Positions 1 to 9,220 are shown, counted from the stretch's first letter. The stretch is DNA of 64,000 nucleotides from a virus (IMGVR_UViG_3300037424_001220:3109-67108), one strand, 5' to 3'. Numbers and translations are program-made. Notes: a model not told the origin generated them from the sequence alone.

Positions 1-238
1 CTCCGCGGCTGGCAGTTGGGTCTTCGAGGCGATCATCACTCGGTTGTCGGCGACGACGCAATCGATGTGGACTCGATTCCTGGAGTGGCAGACCGGCTCC
101 GCCAACATGGTTCACTACGGACCACGTGCGGCTCCGGCTGAGACGTTGTCCGGGACCGTCGTCGTGAAGATCACGGGACAGGCCACGAACAACGGTGAGC
201 TGACGGGCACGGACTTCGTCGTGGAGTTCCTCCCGTGA
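1..238 (+). CDS. C-terminal part of a probable virion structural/tail protein, truncated by the window start
   Basis: Frame is open from position 2 (SAAGSWVFEAIITRLSATTQ...) to TGA at 238; beta-rich composition; overlaps the next start codon. Confidence 0.5.
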   Translation, partial: SAAGSWVFEAIITRLSATTQSMWTRFLEWQTGSANMVHYGPRAAPAETLSGTVVVKITGQATNNGELTGTDFVVEFLP

Positions 239-576
239 CTGTGAATCTGAGGACAGCCGAGGACCTCGAAGCGTTTCAGTTCTGGTGGCATGCGATAGTC
301 TTCGGCTCACCACGACTCGGCTTGCGACGCGGCGAGATGGAGCTTCGCCGCAAGCTGATGGGCATCAGCCGCCCGGCCGGAGTGGACCAGTACTCCCGCG
401 TCCTTCTGGGACCGTGCTCTGTTGCGCTGCAAGAAGGGGAACGGCTGCTCCTACTGGAGTGCTTCGGGGCCGTAACGTGGCAGGCAGCCGTAGCCGCGCA
501 CGTGCTCAGGGCGGTGCGGCTCCTGGGTGCCACGGTGCCCCCCACCGCCGGGGCCGGGGTGCCCGCCCTGGGTTAG
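235..576 (+). CDS. hypothetical protein
   Basis: GTG overlaps the upstream stop (GTGA); 113 aa; followed by a GC-rich non-coding block. Confidence 0.55.
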   Translation: MTVNLRTAEDLEAFQFWWHAIVFGSPRLGLRRGEMELRRKLMGISRPAGVDQYSRVLLGPCSVALQEGERLLLLECFGAVTWQAAVAAHVLRAVRLLGATVPPTAGAGVPALG

Positions 577-887
577 CCGGGGGCCGCCCCTTGGCCTAGC
601 CGGGGGCCGGGGGGCCGGTAGGGTGGGGGGTACCCCCCGCGCGACCCCAGGAGCCGCCTAGGAACCCTCCTTTTTAGGCCACTGGGGACTCCTGGGCGGA
701 GTTTTGGCCCGCCGCTGGGGTGTTGCCCCCTGGGTGCCCGCCGGAGCACCGGGCCGCCCCGGGTAGCCGGGCAGTTCTCGGAGCTTTTGGGGTGCTTCTG
801 GGGTGCCCCTCACTGCCCGCAGACACGAAAAATGGGGGCCGTCCCCCAGGTGCCGGAACGTGCGCACCTGGGAGACGGCCCCCAGTC

Positions 888-1781
888 CTATCGACCACTA
901 GCTCTGTTGAACGCGGCGAGAGCCTCGCCGTCCTCTGCGAGGCCGGTTTGCCCGGGCCATGACCAGACCCAGAAGATTGTCCCTGAACGCCCGGGCAGTC
1001 GGCCGAGCTTTGCCCATGTCTCGATCTGCGTCTCGACGGATCCGTTGCGCGACACCGCTCGAAGATCGTAGCCTTGTCCGAGGACAAGGTTCCAGGTTGG
1101 ATGATCAGTGTACGCGGTCACGCACTGCGAGAGCTTCTTGCCTCCGATGCCAGCCCAGTCGTAGCACGATACGCCGAAGTAGTCGACTGCTGGCCGCTCG
1201 TTGCCGACGCGGTCGATGCCCTCGAAGAGGACCGTGCGAAAGCCTGCGTTGCGGACGATCGTGATAGCCTCGTCTCGAAGCTCTCGCGGGATGCCGTTGT
1301 GCAACGGCTCATCCACGACGTAGACCCCAGCGAGTACGCCCGCACGTCGCAGAGGCTCCATCCAAGCGAGCGTCGCTTGCCAGCCTCCGACCGAAGACGC
1401 CACGACTCCGCGCATCTTGAACTGGGAACCCGGACGTTGGCTCTTCTGGCCAATCTCGACACCCCATGTGTCACGAGGATTGCCGAAGACGTGGTGTGCC
1501 GAAACGATCGCGACCTTGCCGTTGGCGAACAGCGCTGACGCGACCACGTTGGCGTCGTCGTCGTAAGTCGGCACGATGAGAACGACGTTGCCGCCGTTGG
1601 CGGCGACCGATGGCGTGTCTGCGCTCTCGGCGAAGGCTCCGAATATCTGCCGGGGTAATGTGGCCAACGGCATCGGTGCGTCGGGAGTGGGTTCGTTGCC
1701 GGGAGTGGTTGGCCCAGAGACGGAGCCACCACAGGCCGAGACGATGACGAGAGCGAGTACGACGAGTCCACGATAGCTCAT
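888..1781 (-). CDS. lipoprotein with a glycoside hydrolase-like (TIM barrel) domain
   Basis: Hydrophobic signal plus lipobox (LVIVSA-CGG), Pro/Thr linker, VYVVDEP acid/base-like motif, GGAGG upstream on the minus strand. Confidence 0.55.
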   Translation of the reverse strand: MSYRGLVVLALVIVSACGGSVSGPTTPGNEPTPDAPMPLATLPRQIFGAFAESADTPSVAANGGNVVLIVPTYDDDANVVASALFANGKVAIVSAHHVFGNPRDTWGVEIGQKSQRPGSQFKMRGVVASSVGGWQATLAWMEPLRRAGVLAGVYVVDEPLHNGIPRELRDEAITIVRNAGFRTVLFEGIDRVGNERPAVDYFGVSCYDWAGIGGKKLSQCVTAYTDHPTWNLVLGQGYDLRAVSRNGSVETQIETWAKLGRLPGRSGTIFWVWSWPGQTGLAEDGEALAAFNRASGR

Positions 1782-1861
1782 TGAATCCTCCTAAGGATCG
1801 AGAGTCCGTGCCGGTGCCCCACGCTAACGTTCCCAAGCGAGTGTGGGACACCGGCGCTGAC

Positions 1862-2185
1862 CTACGACCTCCTTTCTCTCTTGCGTCTCAGCACGCGCAT
1901 CTCGGGTTCCTGGTTCCGGAAGTGCTGACCCTTCTTGCCCGGGTGTGCGTTGATGGACTTGACGGCCTCACCGAGTTCGTGTAGAACGCGGTGCACAGCG
2001 GTCCAGCGGCCCGGTCTCTTCGGGAGACCGAACCGTGCCTCTAGGTGATCCGAGAAGGCACGAGCGTTGCCAAGGACAACGTCACCGTTCTCGGACTCCC
2101 AGATGAACTGACGCTTTCCGTTCTCGACACCGGCATACGAGGTGATGATGGCATCGAGGATCTCCGACCGGTCGAACCACCTCAC
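1862..2185 (-). CDS. hypothetical protein
   Basis: GTG start overlaps the TGA of the upstream gene (VRWFDRSEILDAII...); the ORF-track version is over-extended. Confidence 0.55.
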   Translation of the reverse strand: MRWFDRSEILDAIITSYAGVENGKRQFIWESENGDVVLGNARAFSDHLEARFGLPKRPGRWTAVHRVLHELGEAVKSINAHPGKKGQHFRNQEPEMRVLRRKRERRS

Positions 2186-2589
2186 GGGAGGTTGCTCTTG
2201 CCCGAACTGTAGCGACCGACTTGGGTCAGGCGCTCCGACACCTTGGCGGTGTCCTTCTCGCCCAAGATGAACTCCACGTCGATGACGTCGCCGCTGTTGA
2301 GCCCGTCCCAGTGAGCGGCGACGTAGCGATGAGCCTCGGCCACGGTGCGCGGGGGACGATTCCAGCTGAACGGGTCGTGGCGAATTTCCCCGCCTTCGAG
2401 TCGACCGAACAGCACCAGCGGATACGTGAAGCCGAAGCCCGCTCGACGGAGCAGGTACTCCTCGGCAAGTCCCTGGCCCGTCGCGAGCCATTCGGGCGCG
2501 TTCGGAGTCTCGCTTGGGGCCATGAGGATCCCGAAGCACGGGATGGCGGTGCTGCGGTCGCGTACCTCGAAGAGCTTGATCTGCATCAT
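2182..2589 (-). CDS. hypothetical protein
   Basis: 135 aa ORF with AGAAAGG upstream; codon pattern like neighbouring genes. Confidence 0.6.
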   Translation of the reverse strand: MMQIKLFEVRDRSTAIPCFGILMAPSETPNAPEWLATGQGLAEEYLLRRAGFGFTYPLVLFGRLEGGEIRHDPFSWNRPPRTVAEAHRYVAAHWDGLNSGDVIDVEFILGEKDTAKVSERLTQVGRYSSGKSNLP

Positions 2590-2729
2590 CGATCCTTTCT
2601 GATCTGGCGGATCTCGCGGATGAATCCGCCGAGCCCCGTTCCCAGGTCCTTGAAGAAGCGTCCACCGAACAGGAGCACCACGATCGCCGACACGACGACC
2701 AGTTCAGGTACCCCCAGACCGAATGGCAT

Positions 2730-2996
2730 CTACCTGTCGCTCCTCATGGCGAGGAGAGCGGCCAGCTCCTGCTCCTTACGCTCGATGCTGCGGTCCAGGG
2801 TGACGCGCTTCTCGATGTTGACGCGCTCGGTCTGGCTGAGGGACAGCTCTGCGATGACGAAGCTGCGTAGCCGCTCCATCACTGAGCTCGGGGTCTCCGA
2901 GGGTCCTACCTGTGCGGTGGCCTCGACGTGGACGTGCGAGAACGGCTTGCCCTCGGTCGGACCGTTGGCGCGGAACGAGACGGACGTGATCTTCAT
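2730..2996 (-). CDS. hypothetical protein with C-terminal coiled coil
   Basis: AGGAG ribosome binding site; 88 aa. Confidence 0.6.
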   Translation of the reverse strand: MKITSVSFRANGPTEGKPFSHVHVEATAQVGPSETPSSVMERLRSFVIAELSLSQTERVNIEKRVTLDRSIERKEQELAALLAMRSDR

Positions 2997-3017
2997 GGTT
3001 TCTATCTCCTCTTTTGA

Positions 3018-3248
3018 CTACCGTTCCTTGGGATTCTCCGCCGGGTTGTTGAGACTCCTCACGATCTGCTCCAGCGCCTTGGCCTGTCGCTCTTGGGCAG
3101 CCGCGATCCTCTCGGTGGCGTCGGCGATTCTTTGTTGGACCCCTCTGCCATCATACCCATCAGTCAGTCGCGGGGCCGTGAAGAAAAGCAACGCGATCAT
3201 GATGATGAGGACGATGGACCCCATCACATTCATCAGTACTCGCTTCAT
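3018..3248 (-). CDS. small membrane protein (N-terminal TM helix plus coiled coil)
   Basis: MKRVLMNVMGSIVLIIMIALLFF; AAGGAG upstream. Confidence 0.6.
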   Translation of the reverse strand: MKRVLMNVMGSIVLIIMIALLFFTAPRLTDGYDGRGVQQRIADATERIAAAQERQAKALEQIVRSLNNPAENPKER

Positions 3249-3595
3249 CTCTTCTCCTTGCTTGGATGGACAACGGTTGGCGCGACCTGACGTTGTCGTT
3301 CTTGCGGCACGTGAACGATGCGAACTAGTCTTTCGCGACGGCTCCACCTCCTTGCTTCTCGACAACTGGACACGAAGATGTCGACGTGGCGCCCACGAAC
3401 CAACCCTCCAACGTCGTGGACCATGCGCTCGCCGAAACCCTCGATGTCGATGATGGAACCCAATGGGAGAACGCTGGGGTCGGCTGCGACCGTGAAGCCG
3501 ACGACGGGCTGAGTGCCCGCCTTAGTTGCGTGGCCCCGCTCTACATCGCAGCCGACTGCGTACATCGTGATGACGAAAAGTGTCCCTACGGTCAT
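3245..3595 (-). CDS. 3D (Asp-Asp-Asp) domain protein, peptidoglycan-related
   Basis: VAADPSVLPLGSIIDIEG...VHDVGGLVRGRHVDIFV matches the 3D domain signature. Confidence 0.8.
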   Translation of the reverse strand: MTVGTLFVITMYAVGCDVERGHATKAGTQPVVGFTVAADPSVLPLGSIIDIEGFGERMVHDVGGLVRGRHVDIFVSSCREARRWSRRERLVRIVHVPQERQRQVAPTVVHPSKEKR

Positions 3596-4365
3596 GCGAG
3601 TTCCCCCTTCGGCCTCTCGCCACCGATGGCGTTAGCCTTGAGATTGACCGCGTCAGCAGCGGCGTAGCCTCTGCGGTGTCCTTCAGCGTTGGCATCACCA
3701 CGGGAGCCGTGGATCACCGCTGCTCTACGTGTGTTCTCCGCCATCCACTCCTTTAGCGCCCGCTCCGACTTGTTGAAGCGGATGAGAGCTACGCTAGTAG
3801 CGGATGCTTGTGCCTTGCGTTCTGCCTCGTAGCGTTCCGCTAGCCTCACGGTGAACGCGAGTACGTAGGAGGCCTTGAAGCCGTCGCAGTTTGCCTCGAG
3901 ACCTTGGATGCGGCACTCCTTCACGTAGTCCAGCCGTGCCCTGATGGCCATGCGAAAGATGAGACGCTGAAGGGTGACGATCATGTACTCAGCCACCTCT
4001 GCATCCGACTTGCGCCCGATGAGCGTCAGTGTGTTGGAGTGTTGGTGCACCATGATACGGCAGAAGTGAGCCTTGGCGACGATGCCGGCAAGGCGTTCGA
4101 CCCAAGCGACACGGGCCTTCTTGTGGCGCACACCATCCTTCTCGGCTCCGTCGTACTTGCGGTAGTCGATGTGATGTGGGCCGACGGGCTCCTCGAGTTC
4201 CATCTTCTCGAACTCGATGTCCGTCATCTCGATCTTGTGCTTGAGCAGCAGCCGCTGAATCATCTCAGCAAAGGCTTCGGCCTCTGCTTGTGATCCGATC
4301 TTCTCGGCTGAGTCAGCATGTGCCTTCAGCTTTCGAATGCGATCCAGCACCTTCTCGTCAGCCAA
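3592..4365 (-). CDS. DUF2786-family protein
   Basis: N-terminal KVLDRIRKLKAHA...AEAEAFAEMIQRLLLKHKI; C-terminal GHRRGYAAADAVNL. Confidence 0.7.
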   Translation of the reverse strand: MADEKVLDRIRKLKAHADSAEKIGSQAEAEAFAEMIQRLLLKHKIEMTDIEFEKMELEEPVGPHHIDYRKYDGAEKDGVRHKKARVAWVERLAGIVAKAHFCRIMVHQHSNTLTLIGRKSDAEVAEYMIVTLQRLIFRMAIRARLDYVKECRIQGLEANCDGFKASYVLAFTVRLAERYEAERKAQASATSVALIRFNKSERALKEWMAENTRRAAVIHGSRGDANAEGHRRGYAAADAVNLKANAIGGERPKGELA

Positions 4366-4768
4366 GATTATCCTCCTTCTCCTTCAGTTGGACGATGATC
4401 TCGTCCACGAGGCCGTCCACCGCTTGGAGTGGGCCACCCTCCTCGGACAACTTGTTCATCATGATGCGCGCAGCTTCTTTCTGAATAAGGTAGTTGACCA
4501 CTCGAGAAGAGGATCCGTACAGCCGCGCGAAGTTCTGGGTCTTGGCGCAGCCATGGCACGTGTGCCAGTTGTAGTAGACACCGGTGAGGCAATGGATGCA
4601 TCGGGGATGATTCTCACGGCGGCGACCGCAACTGACGCAACGCCCCAGCACGATGCGCCACCAGATGCCTACTGGCGGCCACGAGCCTTCCTCCATCCGC
4701 CAGAGGATGGCGATGAAGGCAAGGCTCGCGAGGATGGTGAAGACGAACGCCCCGACGGCGCTCACCAC
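4358..4768 (-). CDS. hypothetical protein (N-terminal TM, Cys-rich)
   Basis: Overlapping start/stop with neighbours; CxxC pairs. Confidence 0.5.
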   Translation of the reverse strand: MVSAVGAFVFTILASLAFIAILWRMEEGSWPPVGIWWRIVLGRCVSCGRRRENHPRCIHCLTGVYYNWHTCHGCAKTQNFARLYGSSSRVVNYLIQKEAARIMMNKLSEEGGPLQAVDGLVDEIIVQLKEKEDNLG

Positions 4769-5010
4769 CGCCTCAGTCCGGCGGAGAGGCGCTCACCCAT
4801 ACGTTCGAAGGACGTGAATGCCCGGTCGGTGTACTCGATGGCCACGGCACCGGGCTCGTCCGGATCACCGATGGCGGCGACGAGCTTCTGGCGGATCGGC
4901 CGCACGACGCGTCCGGTCGAGAACAGCATGTGCGGCGCGAGCGGACAGGACCCTCCAACGGGGATCACGCGGTGGCAGGTATTGCAGCGGTTCTTCTTGG
5001 CTCGGCTCAT
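4762..5010 (-). CDS. hypothetical small Zn-ribbon protein
   Basis: MSRAKKNRCNTCHRVIPVGGSCP; GGAGAAG upstream. Confidence 0.5.
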   Translation of the reverse strand: MSRAKKNRCNTCHRVIPVGGSCPLAPHMLFSTGRVVRPIRQKLVAAIGDPDEPGAVAIEYTDRAFTSFERMGERLSAGLRRW

Positions 5011-5214
5011 CTTCTCTTCTCCCCTCTCAGTTCCAGACGAAGCGCAACGGTCCAACACGGCGTGCCCGGTACCATGCGAACCCCCGGGTGCGACGAACGA
5101 CGAGTGATAACTTGTGGTGTAGTAGCCAATCGAAGTGATCGGTCACCTGAGCGTTCTCGTGGGCGAGAAAGATGAATCGCCGCGCGAGGAGATTGATACG
5201 GATGCGGGGCTCCA

Positions 5215-5589
5215 TCAGCTCTTGCTCTCGAGGATGGTGACCATTGGCTCAACGTCGGACGAGTGGTTGTCGGCGGAGCGCATCGTAGCGAGGTCTACGC
5301 AGCAGTGCTGCGAGTGATAGGAACCGGGCCCCGACGCGATGCCTGACGTGCCGCATCTTGGACAGGTCTCTGGTTTCGGCAGCGCTAGGAACCGCCAGTG
5401 GTGCATCCCTGGCTCCGAGAGGCGCTCCGCGTGCACAGCGCAGATGTTGTAGTCGCGCGAGCGAGGCTGTGGCACGAATCGGCCCTCGATCTCAACCACG
5501 TGCGCTTCGCACCACGTCTTGCCGACGGCCACATTCTGATCGGGCGTTGGATCACCGTTCTTGTCGATCCACTGGATCTCGCACTTCAT
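5215..5589 (-). CDS. hypothetical protein
   Basis: Starts MKCEIQWIDKNG after AAGGAGG, directly downstream of twister copy 1. Confidence 0.65.
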   Translation of the reverse strand: MKCEIQWIDKNGDPTPDQNVAVGKTWCEAHVVEIEGRFVPQPRSRDYNICAVHAERLSEPGMHHWRFLALPKPETCPRCGTSGIASGPGSYHSQHCCVDLATMRSADNHSSDVEPMVTILESKS

Positions 5590-5604
5590 GTCATCCTCCT
5601 TACG

Positions 5605-5666
5605 CCCGGGCTTGGGACCGAGCCGCGCATTACACGGTGCCACGGTGGTGGCACCGTGCCCTCTGC
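5605..5666 (-). ncRNA. twister ribozyme, circularly permuted (P5-like), copy 1
   Basis: Minus strand GCA GAGGG CACGGUGCCAC-CACC-GUGGCACCGUG UAA UGC GC G GCUCGG UCCCAAGC CCGGGC: P1 11 bp, P2, P4 and the conserved L4 loop; predicted cleavage between 5632 and 5631. Confidence 0.88.
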
Positions 5667-5670
5667 TCTA

Positions 5671-6765
5671 CTAGAAGGCCATCTCGAAGACCTTGCCCGC
5701 CGCACGCTCGGCTCGCACGCGCTCGTCAGCGTACGGAATCGACTTGGCGTGCTCGCTCAGGCCGTTGCCCATTCCCCAAACACTGGTCGGCGAGCCGTAC
5801 CAGTCCTCGTGCTTCTCGGCGAGGAGGTACCCCGCCTCGAGCGTCTTGCGGGGCACGCCGAGCGATCGCATGCCGAAGAGCTTGTCGAGCAGTTCGTCCT
5901 TGTCCGCGGCGATCTCGTGCGCCATGCACCGCTTGATCTTCGCTTCGTCCTCACTGGCCGACGCCGTCGCGTACGCCTTCAGCTCGACGCGGAGTTGCGA
6001 GAACGCCCGGTCGTCCGCGTTGCCCGTGTGACGAATGCGCAACTCGCGCACTCCCTCGACGCCCCACACGTTGTGGTTGCCACAGATGTAGGAGTAGAGG
6101 AACGTGAGAAGCCAGAACGCCTTGTCGCCGACCTCGGAGTTGGCCACCATGAACCCACGGCTGAGTCCGCCACCGGGCAACGACTCGAAGACGCGGCGGT
6201 CGTTGTCCACGAGGAACGCGAAGACGTCGTGGTCGCTGGCGTACAGGCCACGCGTCTTACCACCGGACACCAGATCCGTTTCCGGCGCGGGCTGCCATTC
6301 CTTCGGGAGATTCATGAGCCGCTGCGTGATGTCGCGGTCCCAGATGCGAGAGTACCCGGTGCCCGTGAAGGCGCGGATGGCCGTGGAGCCGTTGACGTCG
6401 AGCAGGAGCTTCGCGCTGTCCAGGTCCTTGCCGCGTTCGGCGAGACCGTAGTTGATGTTCTGCGCGGCCAACTCGGCCGGGAGGTCACGCATGTAGTCCG
6501 TGGGCGCACCGATGCGAGCGCAGAGCTGGCCGAAGCTCCAGTGCGTGAAGGAGGCGGGAGTGTTGGTCTTGCCGAGCAAGCGGATGTTGCCGCGGTCGGC
6601 CTCGACGCGGAGGTCGCTGTAGCGAACGTAGTTGCTCTCGCAAGCGCGACGCGTACGGGCATCGACGGCGGAGTGGAGCTCGGCGATGGAACCGAACGAC
6701 TGATCGGCCGGACGCGAAGCCCACTGGTTCGAAGCCTGCGAGAGAACGGAGTTCGTGGTGGTCAT
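5671..6765 (-). CDS. DUF932-family protein
   Basis: FTHWSFGQLCARIGAP, YSRIWD, GLYASDHDVFAFLVD, NSEVG, ICGNH motifs; AGGAG upstream. Confidence 0.75.
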   Translation of the reverse strand: MTTTNSVLSQASNQWASRPADQSFGSIAELHSAVDARTRRACESNYVRYSDLRVEADRGNIRLLGKTNTPASFTHWSFGQLCARIGAPTDYMRDLPAELAAQNINYGLAERGKDLDSAKLLLDVNGSTAIRAFTGTGYSRIWDRDITQRLMNLPKEWQPAPETDLVSGGKTRGLYASDHDVFAFLVDNDRRVFESLPGGGLSRGFMVANSEVGDKAFWLLTFLYSYICGNHNVWGVEGVRELRIRHTGNADDRAFSQLRVELKAYATASASEDEAKIKRCMAHEIAADKDELLDKLFGMRSLGVPRKTLEAGYLLAEKHEDWYGSPTSVWGMGNGLSEHAKSIPYADERVRAERAAGKVFEMAF

Positions 6766-6908
6766 GGGTTCTACTCTCCTGGATAGCCGGCGTACCGAGA
6801 CGAGTGGATTCTCATCTGGGCAAACCAGCGGTTAAGAGGCAACTCGCCGCCTCCCCTCCCTCCGCCACATACAAAAGGGTGTGACGGAGGAAGGGCAGCC
6901 GATGCGAA

Positions 6909-7412
6909 CTACGACTGGTCGGTGTTGTCGAGCTTCGACTCCTTGGCGTCGAGGTCGAAGTAGCTAGTGATCGGTCGCTCTGTGAGGACGGACTGGAGCT
7001 CCGCGGCCAACTCCGTCACCTCGGTGTAGAGCTTGATCGCCGCAACGGCGTCGGCCACATCACGGCCGGTGCTGCTCCAACTGACTTCGACTCTCGCTTC
7101 CCAGAACTCGATGCTCTGTCTGTTGTTGTCTGGGTTGGTAACACGCTTCTCCCAGACGCGATTGAAGCGAACGTAGAGGGTGGCGTTGATGCCCCATCCG
7201 CGCTTGTACTCGCAGCTCAACCCGTCGCCGTACTCCGGCTGACAGCCACGGATCGCGGTCTCGACGATGATGCGCTTGGCAGTCTGCACGGCCTCCTCAT
7301 AGGACAAGCCGTTGTTGAGTGCCCTGGTGTATGTCCGGCGCTTGGATTCCAACTCTCGTTCGGCCTTCTGCTCGTCGGTCTCCGGCACGGTCTGCGTTCT
7401 GTTCTTGGCCAC
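6909..7412 (-). CDS. hypothetical protein
   Basis: GTG start (VAKNRTQ) after AAGGGAG, downstream of twister copy 2. Confidence 0.65.
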   Translation of the reverse strand: MAKNRTQTVPETDEQKAERELESKRRTYTRALNNGLSYEEAVQTAKRIIVETAIRGCQPEYGDGLSCEYKRGWGINATLYVRFNRVWEKRVTNPDNNRQSIEFWEARVEVSWSSTGRDVADAVAAIKLYTEVTELAAELQSVLTERPITSYFDLDAKESKLDNTDQS

Positions 7413-7436
7413 GTTCTCTTCTCCCTTGTTTTGGCA

Positions 7437-7492
7437 CCCGGGCTTGGGACCGGGCTGCGCATTACACCCGGTGTCCACCGGGTGCCCTCTGC
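7437..7492 (-). ncRNA. twister ribozyme, circularly permuted, copy 2
   Basis: GCA GAGGG CACCCGGU-GGAC-ACCGGGUG UAA UGC GC AG CCCGG UCCCAAGC CCGGG; predicted cleavage 7464/7463; overlaps the upstream TAG. Confidence 0.9.
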
Positions 7493-8106
7493 TAGTCGTG
7501 GTCGAACGTCTCGACGAGAACCGGACCGACGCCGAGGCGCGTCTCGAGTTCAGCTGAGACGCGGCGACCACGGTTCTTGGACAGAGTGTAGCCCGTGCCG
7601 AAGCCGGCGGGCACGAGCGTGACGGGCCGCCCGGCGCGCAGCGCATCGGCTGACTTCTTGAACCAGTCGGGCTGAACCTTGAACGGCAGCCCCGGAACCG
7701 GGACTGACGTGGCGCGTTGCTGTCTTGCGGTGAGGCAACGCTCGTACTCGCCGCTAAGAAGCGCCTCCAGTGTGGAGTAGACGTGTCCGTACGCCGGCTT
7801 CTTGCCCGTTAGGCGGCACGAGTAGGCGTCCACGCCACGGCGGGTGAACGAGCAGTGGTCGACGAGAGTGTGTCCATCGACGAGGACACCATCGATCGCT
7901 TCAGCCTTCTCCCAAGCATCCTTTGGGTTGAGCTTGGCGACGTTGAGAACGATGTCGATACCGTTCTTCGAGAAGCTGACCCATTGGCCGTCCTCGCCCC
8001 AGGAAACTTGTCCGTCGTTGTACCCGATGCCGTTCTTGACGGTCCACTCACCGAGAGTCTGGCCGCTGCTGATCAACTTGGCCACCATCTTCTGGATCTT
8101 CGTCAT
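7492..8106 (-). CDS. hypothetical protein
   Basis: Starts MTKIQKMVAKL after AAGGAG; bracketed by twister copies 3 and 2. Confidence 0.65.
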   Translation of the reverse strand: MTKIQKMVAKLISSGQTLGEWTVKNGIGYNDGQVSWGEDGQWVSFSKNGIDIVLNVAKLNPKDAWEKAEAIDGVLVDGHTLVDHCSFTRRGVDAYSCRLTGKKPAYGHVYSTLEALLSGEYERCLTARQQRATSVPVPGLPFKVQPDWFKKSADALRAGRPVTLVPAGFGTGYTLSKNRGRRVSAELETRLGVGPVLVETFDHD

Positions 8107-8118
8107 CTCTTCTCCTTG

Positions 8119-8170
8119 CCTGGGCTTGAGACCAGACCGCGCATTACAGCGCCGAAGCGCTGCTCTCTGC
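8119..8170 (-). ncRNA. twister ribozyme, circularly permuted, copy 3
   Basis: GCA GAGAG CAGCGC-UUCG-GCGCUG UAA UGC GC GG UCUGG UCUCAAGC CCAGG; compensatory GAGAG/UCUC pseudoknot pair, CUGG/CCAG in P4, UUCG tetraloop; predicted cleavage 8146/8145. Confidence 0.9.
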
Positions 8171-8416
8171 TTAGTACTCGCTCGTTGCGATGGAGGCAAC
8201 CTCGTGCTCCATGATCTCGACTTCGCGGCCGTCGTCGAAGCGGATCGTGAAGCAGTCCATGTAGAGAGTCTTGCCCGTCTCTTCATCTTCGCTGGGGGTC
8301 TCTTCGCGAGAGAAGGCGACGAGCGTGCCCGTCTTGCCGGCATCGTCGGCCTGCGGGTGCTTGTCGCGGCTGAGGAACCCGTACATGTCGACCGTGCCAA
8401 CCTTGATCTTCGTCAT
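8171..8416 (-). CDS. hypothetical protein
   Basis: 81 aa; AAGGAG site; stop codon abuts twister copy 3. Confidence 0.65.
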   Translation of the reverse strand: MTKIKVGTVDMYGFLSRDKHPQADDAGKTGTLVAFSREETPSEDEETGKTLYMDCFTIRFDDGREVEIMEHEVASIATSEY

Positions 8417-8432
8417 CGTCTCTTCTCCTTCG

Positions 8433-8464
8433 CCCCGGGCTTGAGACCGGAGCCGCTCCTCTGC
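8433..8464 (-). ncRNA. degenerate twister-like element, copy 4
   Basis: GCAGAG GAGCGGCU CCGG UCUCAAGC CCGGGG keeps P4/L4 and the GCAGAG start but lacks the P1 hairpin and UAAUGC. Confidence 0.6.
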
Positions 8465-8706
8465 TAGACAGGGACCACCACTCGGGCAGGGTACCCGAAG
8501 CAGTGCACGACGTGGCCGTCGTCGAGTTGGTGCTCGAACTCGACAGGCTCCTCACCGGCCCACACCATGTTCGTGGGCTGCGCGAAGAAGATGCCGTTCT
8601 GCGCGGCCACGACCACGAGGTCGGGCTCGCCCTGACGCTCGACGATCTCACCGACGACGAAGCGGGGTCCCCGGGTTACGGCATGACGACGAGGATGGTG
8701 GCGCAT
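8464..8706 (-). CDS. hypothetical protein
   Basis: 80 aa ORF ending at the TAG that abuts twister-like copy 4; start uncertain (8706 or 8721). Confidence 0.5.
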   Translation of the reverse strand: MRHHPRRHAVTRGPRFVVGEIVERQGEPDLVVVAAQNGIFFAQPTNMVWAGEEPVEFEHQLDDGHVVHCFGYPARVVVPV

Positions 8707-8802
8707 GTTACAGACTCCCATACTTCTTGAGGAGGTGGGCGATTCTGCGAGCGATGCGTGCCCGCTGCTTCTTGCGTTCCGTCCAAGACTTGCGGCACAT
8801 GA

Positions 8803-8997
8803 CTAGCTCTCCTTCTCGATTTGATGTGGCGTGATCTCGAGAATCTCGTCGTCGACCTGCGCGTGCTTCAGTAGACCGACGAGGAGCACTGTGCCGTGTT
8901 TCTCGGTGCCGAGCACCTTAGCACGCTCCCGTGGCCACTTCTTGTTCGCCTTGAGCCAGACCACATCTCCTACCTTTACGCTTCGCTGCTTCTTCAT
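8803..8997 (-). CDS. small KOW/SH3-like protein
   Basis: SVKVGDVVWLK...RAKVLG; GGAGG upstream. Confidence 0.5.
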   Translation of the reverse strand: MKKQRSVKVGDVVWLKANKKWPRERAKVLGTEKHGTVLLVGLLKHAQVDDEILEITPHQIEKES

Positions 8998-9007
8998 GAT
9001 GTCCCTC

Positions 9008-9151
9008 CTAGACCAGTTCAACGAGCCAACCACCCTGGAGCTTCGAGACCGAGATCTCGACGCCAGCCGTACGGCACGCGTCCAGCAACGTGCTGAGCCG
9101 TTGTCCGCTGTACAACCAGACCTGACCGGTGACGACGAGACGCTCCAGCAT
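9008..9151 (-). CDS. hypothetical small protein
   Basis: MLERLVVTGQ after AAGGAG, downstream of twister copy 5. Confidence 0.55.
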   Translation of the reverse strand: MLERLVVTGQVWLYSGQRLSTLLDACRTAGVEISVSKLQGGWLVELV

Positions 9152-9163
9152 GATCTCTCCTTG

Positions 9164-9218
9164 CCCGGGCTTGGGACCGGGCTGCGCATTAGCACCGCTC
9201 GTGGCGGTGCCCCTCTGC
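9164..9218 (-). ncRNA. twister ribozyme, circularly permuted, copy 5
   Basis: GCA GAGGG GCACCGC-CACGA-GCGGUGC UAA UGC GC AG CCCGG UCCCAAGC CCGGG; predicted cleavage 9191/9190. Confidence 0.9.
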
Positions 9219-9220
9219 AC

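Noticed and set aside
6785-6850. GGGCAAACCA resembling a c-di-GMP-I riboswitch, and CAGAUGAG resembling a hammerhead core
   Set aside because: The riboswitch-like word is on the non-coding strand and lacks the P2 and GCAAAGC elements; the hammerhead-like word lacks CUGA and GAAA
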